DNA of 64,000 bases, from contig JBDGTD010000009.1 of NCBI GenBank assembly GCA_042217165.1, positions 4,077 through 68,076 of the forward strand, read 5' to 3'. This DNA is from Haloferacaceae archaeon (GTDB taxonomy: Archaea > Halobacteriota > Halobacteria > Halobacteriales > Haloferacaceae). Under the pieces are notes generated by a model. It had not been told where the DNA came from. It did no database searches and worked only from the letters and a program-made list of their open reading frames with translations. The position numbers and the translations under genes were made by a program. Below are positions 45,635 through 55,136 of this stretch, in pieces; within the stretch, counting starts at the first letter, position 1; the number at the start of each line of letters is the position of its first letter.

Positions 45635-46450
45635 TTATCCCATCCCCGGCGGCGGGCGCCGGGAGTCGTCGTCTTCCACGTCGACGTCCAGCCCCATCTC
45701 CTCGCGCCGTTCGCGCAGGCGCTTGATCTGCTGGCGGTAGTAGAGCAGGCCGCCGCCCCCGACGACCAGCCCGATGACCGCGAGCGCGCCGAAGGCGTAC
45801 AGGTCCCGCTCGAGGTAGAACCGGACGGCGATCGAGTCGCTCTGCACCTCGTCCCAGCGGATGATGGTTCTCCCCGCCTCGGTCCGGCCGACCTCCGAGC
45901 CGCCGGGCGAGACAGAGCCGAACGGCGGGACGCCGACCCGCCTGTTCTCCGGCAGAACGACGACGTAGGACCCCTCGACGAAGACGGGGAGGGTGAACTG
46001 CTTCGGCGTCGACGACGAGGAGAAGGCGAGTTGCCCCGTCTCCGTTCCGCTCTGGGCCGGGAGTGAGACGTTCACCTCTTCACGCGTGCGGCTGATACCG
46101 CCGCCGCGGGCCTCGAACTCCGTGCCGTTCACCACCGTGCCGTTCGGGTAGCGGTAGCGGAGCGCAGAGACCGGGATGGGCGACCGGCCGCCGAAGGCGT
46201 CGCGGCGGAACAGCTGTACCGAGTCGCGCGCGCTCCGGTTTATCCGGTAGACCCCCCGGAAGCGCGCGTTCTCGGTGACGACGACGTGGACGTCGGCGTC
46301 GGTCGACCAGTCGTAGCTGTCGGCGCCCGCCGGCGCCTCGGCGAGCTGTTCGTCCGAGACAGAGCCGCCGCCGAGCAGGCCGGCACAGCCCGAGAGGAGG
46401 AGCAGGCCGACGAGCGCGACGACGGGGAGAAGTGAACGAGGTCGTGACAT
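45635..46450 (-). CDS. lipoprotein with C-terminal TM anchor, unknown function
   Basis: MSRPRSLLPVVALVGLLLLSGCAG (lipobox LSGC). C-terminal helix FGALAVIGLVVGGGGLLYY followed by a charged tail. Confidence 0.6.
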   Translation of the reverse strand: MSRPRSLLPVVALVGLLLLSGCAGLLGGGSVSDEQLAEAPAGADSYDWSTDADVHVVVTENARFRGVYRINRSARDSVQLFRRDAFGGRSPIPVSALRYRYPNGTVVNGTEFEARGGGISRTREEVNVSLPAQSGTETGQLAFSSSSTPKQFTLPVFVEGSYVVVLPENRRVGVPPFGSVSPGGSEVGRTEAGRTIIRWDEVQSDSIAVRFYLERDLYAFGALAVIGLVVGGGGLLYYRQQIKRLRERREEMGLDVDVEDDDSRRPPPGMG

Positions 46451-46458
46451 TCGTGTGA

Positions 46459-47127
46459 TCAGGGGACGACACACCGCAGCTCCGCGGGCAGGTGTTCCCC
46501 GACGGCGGCGAGGATGCCCGGTGGGTCGGTCGATTCGGTACAGACGACGCTCTGCTCTAACAGGCCGAGCCGCTCGACGGTCACGATGTCGCGGGCGTGG
46601 CCCGCCCGGTTGACCGTCGCCCGGACCTCGCCGCGGGTCGCGCTGTTGACGTTCAGACGCCCCGCTCCGCGGGTCCAGTCGTAGAGACGGTCGACCTCCT
46701 CGTCGGCGAGCCGTGGCGGGTCAGAGAGGACGACCCGGAGGCGCACGTGCTGGACGAGCCCGAACCGGTCGCGCACCTGCGCCGCGGTGCCCGGGCCGAG
46801 GTCGAGGTCCGCGGCCGCAATCTCGACCGTCCGGGGGCCGAGGTCGACCCCGAGCGAGTCGTCGGTCCACGACTCCAGCGTCCCGACGTAGGTCTCGCCG
46901 GAGTCGAGATGGGTCGGCACCTCGCCCCACTGCTCGCGGAGGAGGTTCCGTGCGGCCACCTCGTCCTCGCCGGAGAGCGTGACCGACACCCAGTCGTCGG
47001 CGCGGACGCCGGCGGTCCACCCGACGTCGAGGTCACCGAGCGCGTCGGCGAGCAGCGCGTCGAGCGAGTCGAGCGCGCGCTCGCGGGCGTCGCCGGAGAC
47101 GTAACACTTGGTCGCGAGGACGACCAT
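46459..47127 (-). CDS. conserved archaeal protein (resembles DUF2110), upstream partner of tfe
   Basis: 222 aa, MVVLATKCYVSGDARERALDSLDALLADALGD.... Directly abuts the tfe stop. Confidence 0.6.
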   Translation of the reverse strand: MVVLATKCYVSGDARERALDSLDALLADALGDLDVGWTAGVRADDWVSVTLSGEDEVAARNLLREQWGEVPTHLDSGETYVGTLESWTDDSLGVDLGPRTVEIAAADLDLGPGTAAQVRDRFGLVQHVRLRVVLSDPPRLADEEVDRLYDWTRGAGRLNVNSATRGEVRATVNRAGHARDIVTVERLGLLEQSVVCTESTDPPGILAAVGEHLPAELRCVVP

Positions 47128-47661
47128 CTACGCCGAGACCGTCTCCATGTCGGCGTTCAGCTCTTCTTCTAACTCGGTCAGCCGCTCCTGCATCGCCTCG
47201 AGCAGGCGGTCGTTCTCCATCGCCTCCAGCGGCGAGCCGCACTCGGGACACTCGAAGCCGAAGTCCATCGCCTCGCCGAACTCGAAGCGCAGGGAACAGA
47301 CCTCACAGAGGTAGAACTCGTTCTCGCGCTCGTACTCCTCGCGGCGGTCGAGCGCGACCATCAGCCGCTCCATCTCCTCGGCGAGATTCTGCGGGATGTT
47401 GTCGTACTCGAACGTCCAGAGGTAGGTGAGCCAGCCGGAGTCCTCGTCGCGCACCCGGCGGTAGGAGGCCAGGTCGTTCTCGTAGAGGATAAACAGCGCC
47501 CGGCGCACGTCGTTGAGCTCGAGGCCGAGCTCCTCCGCGAGTTCCTCGTCAGTCACCTCCCCCTCGGCGGGCGCCGCGGCGACCGGCATCCCCTTGGGCC
47601 CGACGAGTTCGTGGAGGTACTTCTGGATCACCGGGTCGTTCAGGAGCTCGTCGAAGGCCAT
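47128..47661 (-). CDS. tfe: transcription factor E (TFIIE-alpha homologue)
   Basis: Winged-helix N-domain (DVRRALFILYENDLASYRRVRDEDSGWLTYLW) and a zinc ribbon CEVC...CPECG. Confidence 0.85.
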   Translation of the reverse strand: MAFDELLNDPVIQKYLHELVGPKGMPVAAAPAEGEVTDEELAEELGLELNDVRRALFILYENDLASYRRVRDEDSGWLTYLWTFEYDNIPQNLAEEMERLMVALDRREEYERENEFYLCEVCSLRFEFGEAMDFGFECPECGSPLEAMENDRLLEAMQERLTELEEELNADMETVSA

Positions 47662-47718
47662 CGCCTGTCTCTCCGCCGTCTAGTCGGTTAAACTCACCGA
47701 CCCCCGTCGGTCCGGCGG

Positions 47719-48279
47719 TCAGTCCCCGGCGTCGGCGTCCGCGTCGCCCGCCTCGACGACCCGTTTGCCCGTCGCTTCCGGGACCACGCGCCGTTCGGCG
47801 TCGACCCACTCGCGGTCCAGCTCTCGGCCCTCGAACAGACGGTCGAGAAAGACGGCGAGCCCCGCCACCTCGGAGTGGGGCTGGTTCGTCACCGCGACGT
47901 TCCAGTCCGCGCGCTCGTAGACGTCGAACGGCACCTTCTCGGCGCCGACGACGACGAGAACCGGGGCGGGTCGGCCGGCCGTCCGGATCTCGTCTTCGAC
48001 CGTCTGGACCGGCTCACCGTACATCGTGAGGTGGACGACGACGCCGTCCCACTCCCGGATGCGTGCGCGCCACGAGCCGTCCTGTTCGACCGCGAAGGGG
48101 CCGCCGAACCGCTCGGTCACCGAACGCGCGGTGTCGGCGGCGTCGCTCGCGTTCTCCGGGAGGATCACCCGGCTCGCGCCGAGCGCCCGCGCCGTCAGCG
48201 CGACGTGAGTCGTCATCCGGTCGTCGCGGCCCGGGCGGTGACCGAGGCGGAGGACCGCGACCTCGGTGTCGTCGTCCAT
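47719..48279 (-). CDS. trm56: tRNA (cytidine56-2'-O)-methyltransferase
   Basis: VLRLGHRPGRDDRMTTHVALTARALGA...HLTMYG...VVVGAEKVP...NQPHSEVAGLAVFLDRL. Confidence 0.85.
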   Translation of the reverse strand: MDDDTEVAVLRLGHRPGRDDRMTTHVALTARALGASRVILPENASDAADTARSVTERFGGPFAVEQDGSWRARIREWDGVVVHLTMYGEPVQTVEDEIRTAGRPAPVLVVVGAEKVPFDVYERADWNVAVTNQPHSEVAGLAVFLDRLFEGRELDREWVDAERRVVPEATGKRVVEAGDADADAGD

Positions 48280-48362
48280 AGCCGTCGTCGGTGGGGAAGG
48301 GTCGTCGGGCTTTCGGTCGGGCGCGAACGAGGGTTCAAGCCGCTCGCGCCGCTCGAAACAGT

Positions 48363-49250
48363 ATGCGACCCGAAGACGGCGCCGGCGTCGCGGGCGTCGA
48401 CCTGTCCGACCGGACCGTCCTGGTGACGGGCGCGACGAGCGGCATCGGCCGGGAGACGGCGCTCGCGCTCGGCCGCCTCGGGGCCGAGGTGCTGGTCCAC
48501 GGCCGGAACCGCGAGGCGGGCGAGGACGTCGCGAGGAAGCTGGACGCCTCGGCCGGCGCGGGCGCGTTCCGCGCGGCGGACCTCGCCGACCTCGACGCCG
48601 TCGAGGGGCTGGCCGAGTGGGCGAGCGCGTTCGGCCCGGACGTCCTCGTCAACAACGCGGGCGGCTACTTCCGCGAGGGACGGCTCACCGACGCGGGCGT
48701 CGAGTACACCTTCGCGGTCAACCACCTCTCGCAGTTCCTGCTGACCGAACGCCTGCGTCCCGACCTGCCCGACGACGGCCGGATCGTGGTCGTCTCCTCG
48801 GAGGCCCACCGGAGCGGGTCGCTCGACCTTCGCTCCGTGCGCTCGGTCGACTCCTACTCCTCGTGGGGCGCGTACGCCCGTTCGAAGCTCGCGAACGTCC
48901 TCCACGCGAAGGGGCTGGCCGAGCGACTGCCCGCGGGAGGTCCGACGGCGAACGCGCTCCACCCCGGCGTCGTGCCCGGCAGCGGGTTCCTCCGGGGGCT
49001 GCCGGCGCCGTTCCGCGCACTCGCGGGCCTCGCGGGCGGGCTGGCGGCGGTACCGTTCGTGGGCGTCGAGTCGCCCGCGGAGGCCGCAGAGACGAGCGTC
49101 TACCTCGCCGCCGCGCCCGGCGTCGACGCGTCGGGCGCGTACTTCGACGACTGTCAGGAGCGTCGACCCGCCGCGGCGGCGCGGGACGACCGCGCGGCCG
49201 AGCGGCTGTGGGAGTGGAGCCAGGAGACGCTCGGTCGGAACGACCATTAG
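48363..49250 (+). CDS. short-chain dehydrogenase/reductase (SDR)
   Basis: VLVTGATSGIGRETA, NNAG, and YxxxK (YARSKLANV). ATG at 48363 preferred. Confidence 0.8.
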   Translation: MRPEDGAGVAGVDLSDRTVLVTGATSGIGRETALALGRLGAEVLVHGRNREAGEDVARKLDASAGAGAFRAADLADLDAVEGLAEWASAFGPDVLVNNAGGYFREGRLTDAGVEYTFAVNHLSQFLLTERLRPDLPDDGRIVVVSSEAHRSGSLDLRSVRSVDSYSSWGAYARSKLANVLHAKGLAERLPAGGPTANALHPGVVPGSGFLRGLPAPFRALAGLAGGLAAVPFVGVESPAEAAETSVYLAAAPGVDASGAYFDDCQERRPAAAARDDRAAERLWEWSQETLGRNDH

Positions 49251-49271
49251 GCGGCCTCGTCACCACCGGCC

Positions 49272-50195
49272 ATGACCGACGAACGCCTCCTCGTCACGGG
49301 CGGCGCAGGACTCATCGGCTCGCACCTCGCGAGCGCCCTCGTCGCCGACGGGGCCGACGTGGTCGTGGCCGACGACCTCTCCGGCGGCCGGCGCGAGCGG
49401 GTGCCCGACGCCGTGGAACTGGTCGAAGCCGACCTGACCGACGCCGACGACGTGGCACGGGTCGTGACCGGCGGCCTCGACCGGGTCTACCACCTCGCGG
49501 CCGACTCCGCGGTGGACGCCGACGACCGCCGCGCGCAGGTCGAGGCGAACACGGCGATGACCTACAACCTGCTCGAACGGATGGCGGAGGTGGGGGTGGA
49601 TTCGCTCGCCTTTACCTCCTCGTCGACAGTCTACGGCGAGGCGCCGCTCCCCACTCCCGAGGACTACGCGCCGCTCGAGCCGATCAGCGAGTACGGCGCC
49701 GCGAAGCTCGCAGACGAGGCGCTGGTCTCCACCTACGCCCACGCCTACGGCGTCACCGCCCGGACGTTCCGGTTCGCGAACGTCGTCGGGCCGGGACAGC
49801 GGGGAAACGTGATCGCCGACTTCGTCGAGAAGCTCCGCGACGACCCGACGACGCTCGAAATTCTGGGCGACGGCCGGCAGGAGAAGTCCTACCTCCACGT
49901 CGAGGAGTGCGTGGCCGCGATGCGCCACGTCGTCCGGGAGGGCGAGGGGCCGCTCGTGACCGTCAACCTCGGCTCGCGGACGACGACGAGCGTTCGTCGG
50001 GTCGCAGACATCGTGAGCGACGTGCTGGGCGTCGATCCGACCTACGAGTACACGGGCGGCGACCGCGGCTGGACCGGCGACGTGCCGCGGATGCGCCTCT
50101 CGGTCGAGAAGCTCTCTGGCATGGGATTCACGCCGCCCGGGTCGAGCGACGAGGCCGTGCGCCGCGCGGCCGAGGCGCTGGCCGAAGAGATCTAG
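49272..50195 (+). CDS. NAD-dependent epimerase/dehydratase (UDP-glucose 4-epimerase-like)
   Basis: LLVTGGAGLIGSHL, YGAAKLADE (YxxxK). Confidence 0.85.
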   Translation: MTDERLLVTGGAGLIGSHLASALVADGADVVVADDLSGGRRERVPDAVELVEADLTDADDVARVVTGGLDRVYHLAADSAVDADDRRAQVEANTAMTYNLLERMAEVGVDSLAFTSSSTVYGEAPLPTPEDYAPLEPISEYGAAKLADEALVSTYAHAYGVTARTFRFANVVGPGQRGNVIADFVEKLRDDPTTLEILGDGRQEKSYLHVEECVAAMRHVVREGEGPLVTVNLGSRTTTSVRRVADIVSDVLGVDPTYEYTGGDRGWTGDVPRMRLSVEKLSGMGFTPPGSSDEAVRRAAEALAEEI

Positions 50196-50764
50196 GCGTC
50201 CGCGGCGTCGTCGCCGTCCAGATACCGGAGGAGCGCGAGCCCCGACCGCCCTTCCCGCACCCGCCCGTCGAGACACGCCCGGCGAGCCTCGGCTCGCGAC
50301 ACCCACGTCGCGTCCGACGGGTCGCCCGCCCGTGGCGCGGGACGGTACCGCGAGACGGCGTAGTAGTGAAGGTCGAAGTCGACGCCCGGGCCGGCGGAGG
50401 TGGCGAACAGACGCTCGGAGGTCACGGGGTCGAGACCGACCTGCGCACGGAGGACCTCGGGCGCGCGCTCGTCGACGACGTCGCGCACCGCGCGGTCGCC
50501 GTGGGCCACCGCCTCGTAGGCGGGGAGCGAGTCGAAGACCGGTCCGCCGGGCAGGCGCCACGTCGGGTCGCCCGGCCCCTGCGGGCCGTCGGGGACGAGG
50601 AGGAGTTCGTCGTCGCGCGCGACGACGAGGCGGACGCCCGGCGAGCGCCGGGCGCTCTCGACCGTCTCGACGCCGTCTGCGCCGGCCATCGGCCGCTCGA
50701 CGACCGCGACGCGGTCGCCGCGGTAGCGGACCCGCTCGTCGCCGGCCGGGGCTCGGTCGGTCAC
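50192..50764 (-). CDS. hypothetical protein, Nudix-fold-like with degenerate Nudix box
   Basis: GTG at complement of 50762-50764. WRLPGGPVFDSLPAYEAVAHGDRAVRDVVDE lacks the REx2EE residues. The start is uncertain. Confidence 0.45.
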   Translation of the reverse strand: MTDRAPAGDERVRYRGDRVAVVERPMAGADGVETVESARRSPGVRLVVARDDELLLVPDGPQGPGDPTWRLPGGPVFDSLPAYEAVAHGDRAVRDVVDERAPEVLRAQVGLDPVTSERLFATSAGPGVDFDLHYYAVSRYRPAPRAGDPSDATWVSRAEARRACLDGRVREGRSGLALLRYLDGDDAADA

Positions 50765-50954
50765 GGCCGCCTCCGGAAGCCGCGAGCAGGCCGCGAGGCG
50801 GGAGCAGGGCTCTCGCGAGCGCCCGGCGACCCCGTCGCCGGCGACAGAACGACTGTGGTCACGGCCGAAGACGGTGCGGGCCGAGCAAAGCGGTTGCGAT
50901 TGGCGTGTGACCCCCGACCACAACCGGTAAGCGCCGCGCGCGCCGCGATCTGGT

Positions 50955-51698
50955 GTGCAGGTCGTCGGGTACGACACGGGAGAGCCTGCCCTGATACTGA
51001 GCGACGGCGACGCGACCGAGGCCGTCTCGCTCGACCCGGGGACCGACATCGCGTACACGCTCGGCGACCGCCGGTGTGCGGGCGTGTTCGGCGCCGACGG
51101 TCACGAGCCCTGTGACGCGCCCGAGGCGCCGTACTGCCCACAGCACCGCTCGACGTGGGTCTGTGCGAAGTGTACCGGAACCTGTCTCAAAGACGAGATG
51201 GACTGCTTCGACGACCACGCGGTCTACCTCGCGGCGTTCGCGCCCGCGTCGTTCAAGGTGGGCGTGACGAAGCTGCGACGGCTGGAGACCCGGCTCCGAG
51301 AACAGGGCGCCGACCGCGCCGCTCACCTCCGGACGGTCGAGAACGGCCGGATCGCGCGCGAGATCGAGGCCGGAATCGCCGAGAGAGTCGGTGACAGTGT
51401 GCGGGTCACGAGCAAGGTGACAGGCCTCGGCGGGTCGGTGGACGAGGACGCGTGGGGGGCGCTGCTGGGCGAGTTCGACCCGATCCGGACGTGGGCGCCG
51501 GACCACGGGGTCGCCCTCGACGAGCGCCCGGTTGCGGAGACGCTCGCGAGCGGACGGGTCCACGGGACGAAAGGGCGCGTCCTGATCCTGGAGCGCGAGG
51601 GGACGACCTACGCGGTCGACCTTCGTGACCTCGTGGGCCACGAGGTCGAAGGCGGCGACCCGGACCGGAGCCTCCAGTCGAGTCTCGGCGCGTTCTGA
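50955..51698 (+). CDS. Cys-rich conserved protein (resembles DUF2797)
   Basis: RRCAGVFGADGHEPCDAPEAPYCPQHRSTWVCAKCTGTCLKDEMDC, then ...FKVGVTKLRRLETRLREQGAD. Confidence 0.55.
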   Translation: MQVVGYDTGEPALILSDGDATEAVSLDPGTDIAYTLGDRRCAGVFGADGHEPCDAPEAPYCPQHRSTWVCAKCTGTCLKDEMDCFDDHAVYLAAFAPASFKVGVTKLRRLETRLREQGADRAAHLRTVENGRIAREIEAGIAERVGDSVRVTSKVTGLGGSVDEDAWGALLGEFDPIRTWAPDHGVALDERPVAETLASGRVHGTKGRVLILEREGTTYAVDLRDLVGHEVEGGDPDRSLQSSLGAF

Positions 51699-51737
51699 TC
51701 CCCGGAGCTTATTCGCGCCCCTCTCGAATGCGCGGTC

Positions 51738-52190
51738 ATGGCAGACGACCAGGACGCAGACCGCGAGGAGCAGGCCGACGACCAGCAGGGCGCCGACGAG
51801 ACGGAGAGCGAAGGCGAGGAGAAGTCCTTCCGCGAGCGGGTCGAGGAGATCCGCGAGCGCCGACAGCAGGAGGGCGAAGGCGAAGGCGAGGGTGAACCCG
51901 GTCCCGGTCCCGGTCCGGAGGAGATGATGGGCGGCGGCGGCGGCGGCAACCCGTTCGCACAGATGATGAGCGGGATGATGGGCGGCGGCGGTCCCGGTGG
52001 TCCGCAGGGCGGCATGGGCGGCGGCCCGCCCGGGATGGGCGGCGGCCAGGGCGGCCCCGGCGCGCAGGGCGGAGGGGGCGAGCAGGTCGGGAACGAGGAA
52101 CTCGTTCGCGAGGTCCGCCAGCTCCGCGACGAGGTGCGCGACGCGACGCGACAGCTCCAGCGGATCGCGCAGGCGCTGGAAGACGACTAG
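51738..52190 (+). CDS. acidic protein with Gly/Met/Pro low-complexity core and C-terminal coiled-coil-like segment
   Basis: MADDQDADREEQADDQQGADETESEGEEK...EEMMGGGGGGNPFAQMMSGMMGGGGPGGPQGGMGGGPPGMGGGQGGPGAQGGGG...ELVREVRQLRDEVRDATRQLQRIAQALEDD. Confidence 0.6.
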   Translation: MADDQDADREEQADDQQGADETESEGEEKSFRERVEEIRERRQQEGEGEGEGEPGPGPGPEEMMGGGGGGNPFAQMMSGMMGGGGPGGPQGGMGGGPPGMGGGQGGPGAQGGGGEQVGNEELVREVRQLRDEVRDATRQLQRIAQALEDD

Positions 52191-53299
52191 AGCGAGCGGT
52201 AGAGCTCCGCGAGGGCGTCGACGGCGTGTTCGACGCTCGTCGTCTCGCGGCGGTCGAGACACCCCTCTTCGAGCGTGTCACGGTCCGCGAGCGCCCGCTC
52301 CGTCGCCGCGCGAAGCCCCTCGACGTCGCCCGTCTCGTAGTGATAGCCCGTCACGCCGTCGAGTACCGTGTCCGCGAGCGCTCCCTCGTTCGCGGCGACG
52401 ACGGGGGTCCCGCAGGCGTTGGCCTCCAGCGCGACCAGCCCCTGTGTCTCGACGGGGCTCGGGAACTGGAAGACGTCGAGCGCCGAGTAGAACGCGGGCA
52501 GGTCCGCCCGGTCCAGGAACCCGAGAAAGCGCGCGTCGACGCCGCGCTCTCGTGCCCGAGCCTCCAGGTCCTCGCGGGCGGGGCCGTCGCCGCCGAAGAC
52601 GAGCGTCGCGTCGAGGCCGGCGGCGGCGTCGACGAGGTCCGCGAGGCGCTTCTCGTAGCCGTGCCGGCCGGTGTAGCCGACGAGCGTTCCCGCCCCGTCG
52701 AGTCCGTGCCGGTGCAGAAACCCGGCCGGGTCCACGGGACGGAACCGCTCGGTGTCGACCCCGTTCGGAACCACCTCGACGCGGGTGTCGGTACCGACGG
52801 TCTCGACGAGGTGGCTGCGCGTCGCCTCGCTGGGGGCGACGACGGCGTCGGTGCGCCCGAAGAACCAGCGCTCGTACGCCGTCGAGACCCGTTCGAGGCC
52901 GTCCTCGACCCACTCGCGGTCGGCGAGGTAGTCCGCGTACTCGCCGGTCGGCGTGTGGTAGTTCGCGACGACGGGGACGTCGGCCGCGCGGCCGAGTCGG
53001 AGCCCCGCCACGCCGAGCGCGAAGGGCGTGTGTGCGTGGACCACGTCGACGTCGCGGTCGCGGGCCGCCCGGGGGACCCGGGGGAGGCCGAGGCGGAAGC
53101 CGTCGTAGTAGGGAAAGGGGAGCGAGCGCACAGGGTGTTCGCCGGGGTCGGGGTCGTAGCCGCCGGCGTCGGGGTAGACCACGTCCATCCGGCCGCCACG
53201 GGCAGCCCAGCGGTCGCGCCACGACTCAACGGTGTAGGTGACGCCGTTGACCGTCGGCAGGTAGGTGTCGGTGAAGGCGACGACCGACTGGTGAGCCAT
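52187..53299 (-). CDS. glycosyltransferase family 4 (GT-B)
   Basis: N-terminal FTDTYLPTVNGVTYTV and C-terminal FPSPVETQGLVALEANACGTPVVA (EX7E region). Confidence 0.85.
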   Translation of the reverse strand: MAHQSVVAFTDTYLPTVNGVTYTVESWRDRWAARGGRMDVVYPDAGGYDPDPGEHPVRSLPFPYYDGFRLGLPRVPRAARDRDVDVVHAHTPFALGVAGLRLGRAADVPVVANYHTPTGEYADYLADREWVEDGLERVSTAYERWFFGRTDAVVAPSEATRSHLVETVGTDTRVEVVPNGVDTERFRPVDPAGFLHRHGLDGAGTLVGYTGRHGYEKRLADLVDAAAGLDATLVFGGDGPAREDLEARARERGVDARFLGFLDRADLPAFYSALDVFQFPSPVETQGLVALEANACGTPVVAANEGALADTVLDGVTGYHYETGDVEGLRAATERALADRDTLEEGCLDRRETTSVEHAVDALAELYRSL

Positions 53300-53509
53300 C
53301 GGGATTCGGTGGGCCGTCGGGTCGGTAAGTGATTGTGGTATCGCCGTGGGTCGGCGACGGCCGGGTCACGGGACCGAACGCGGCGGGTGCGTGGCGCGCG
53401 AACGGAGCGCGGACCACGGCGCGGCGCGACGAGGGAGCCGAGCGAGCCGACCGGAGACCGTTCTCCTGCGTCCCGCAACGCATAACCGCCATCCCAGGCG
53501 ACGACGGAC

Positions 53510-53788
53510 GTGTCCGGCATCGCGGCCGAACGGATCGACCGCCTCCACGACCTCGCCAGCGAGGCGGCCGCCGCGCGCGAACACGACCTCGCGCGGTCGT
53601 ACGTCCGTCTCGCACGCCGGATCGCAGAGCGTCACCGCCTGAGACTCCCCCGGCGGTTCCGGCGGTTCACCTGTGACCGCTGCGACGCCTACCTCCGGCC
53701 GGGCGCGAACGCGCGGGTGCGCCTCGGTCCCGGCCGGGTCGTGATCCGCTGTGACTGCGGCGCGACGGCGCGGTACCCGTACGACTAG
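53510..53788 (+). CDS. rnp4: RNase P protein component 4 (Rpp21/Rpr2 family)
   Basis: GTG start. RIDRLHDLASEAAAAREHDLARSYVRLARRIAERHRLRLPRRFRRFTCDRCDAYLRPG...IRCDCG (zinc ribbon). Confidence 0.8.
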   Translation: MSGIAAERIDRLHDLASEAAAAREHDLARSYVRLARRIAERHRLRLPRRFRRFTCDRCDAYLRPGANARVRLGPGRVVIRCDCGATARYPYD

Positions 53789-53997
53789 TTCCAGCACTTC
53801 GGCGAGGTGGGCTGCTTCTGGGGGTGCCCGAGACGGCACCGCTCTCTCGCGACGACGGCTCGACGGTCCACGGCGACGACAGACGCCGCAGGGCAGACGT
53901 CGTCTCACGGCCTCTCGACCCGCGAGCCGGCGTGTGCTGGACGTTCGCCCCCGCCGAAACGTAAAGAACTATTCGTGGGGCGAGTGATCCTCAGCGC

Positions 53998-54246
53998 ATG
54001 ACTGATGACGAACTGCGTGCGCGCGCCCACGACCTGGACGCGACGCTGCGCGTTGGGAAGCGGGGACCCGAAGCGGTGCTCGACGAGTTGAACGACCAGC
54101 TCGCGGACCGGAACCTCGTGAAAGTTCGGTTCCTGCGCGCTGCACGCGCGGGGACCGACGTCGAGGCGCTCGCGGCCGAGATGGCCCCCGAGGTGAGCGC
54201 GGAGGTCGTCGAGACCAGGGGTAACACGGCGGTGTTTCACCGATGA
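53998..54246 (+). CDS. YhbY/CRM-domain RNA-binding protein
   Basis: LRARAHDLDATLRVGKRGPEAVLDELNDQLADRNLVKVRFL. Confidence 0.75.
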   Translation: MTDDELRARAHDLDATLRVGKRGPEAVLDELNDQLADRNLVKVRFLRAARAGTDVEALAAEMAPEVSAEVVETRGNTAVFHR

Positions 54247-55136
54247 TGGTTCCGCTCCAGGCGGTCTCGTTCGTCCGGGACCTGCTCGCCGGGGTTCTGG
54301 GCGACGCCATCGCCGGGGCCGTCGCGCCGGTTGTCGTCTTTCTCGCCGCGTTCGTTCTCGTCTACCTCGTCGGCCGCGCGGCCGTGAGCGCGGTGCTCGC
54401 GCGGGTGTTCGAGGCCCGGGGGCTGGACGAACACGCCCGAAAGCCGCTGAACAAGGTTGCGAGCGTCGCGGTGGCGTTCGTCGCCGTGGCGGTCGCGTTC
54501 GGCCTCGCGGAGTACGGCAACTTCCTGACGTCGCTCGCGACCATCGCGGCGGCGGCGACGCTCGCCGTCGGATTCGCGCTGCAGGACGTGGTCAAGAACT
54601 TCGTCGGGGGCGTGTTCATCTTCACGGACAAGCCGTTCCGCATCGGCGACTGGATCGAGTGGGACGGGAACAGCGGCGTCGTGGAGGACATCTCCTTTCG
54701 TGTCTCCCGGGTCCGGACGTTCGACAACGAACTCCTGACGGTGCCGAACTCGCAGCTGACAGACGGCGTCGTCAAGAACCCGGTCGCGAAGGACAAACTC
54801 CGCCTGAAGGTGCCGTTCGGCATCGGCTACGACGACGACATCGAGCGAGCGACCGAGATCATCGTCGAGGAGGCCGAGAAGTCGACGGGCATCCTCGACG
54901 ACCCCGCGCCGTCCGTGCGCCTGACCGAACTCGGCGACTCCTCCGTCGTCCTCCAGTCGCGCGTCTGGATCGCCGACCCCTCGCGTGCCGATTTCGTGAA
55001 GACCCGCGCCGACTACGTCACGGAGGTCAAGCGGCGGTTCGACGAGGAGGGCATCAACTTCCCATACCCGAACCGGACGCTCGGCGGCGAACTCTCGGTC
55101 GAGGGGCTCGACCAGCTCGCCCAGCGCGCCGACTAG
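54243..55136 (+). CDS. MscS-family mechanosensitive channel
   Basis: ATGA overlap with the upstream stop. TM3/beta-domain motif GFALQDVVKNFVGGVFIFTDKPFRIGDWIE...GVVEDISFRVSRVRTFDNELLTVPNS. Confidence 0.85.
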   Translation: MMVPLQAVSFVRDLLAGVLGDAIAGAVAPVVVFLAAFVLVYLVGRAAVSAVLARVFEARGLDEHARKPLNKVASVAVAFVAVAVAFGLAEYGNFLTSLATIAAAATLAVGFALQDVVKNFVGGVFIFTDKPFRIGDWIEWDGNSGVVEDISFRVSRVRTFDNELLTVPNSQLTDGVVKNPVAKDKLRLKVPFGIGYDDDIERATEIIVEEAEKSTGILDDPAPSVRLTELGDSSVVLQSRVWIADPSRADFVKTRADYVTEVKRRFDEEGINFPYPNRTLGGELSVEGLDQLAQRAD

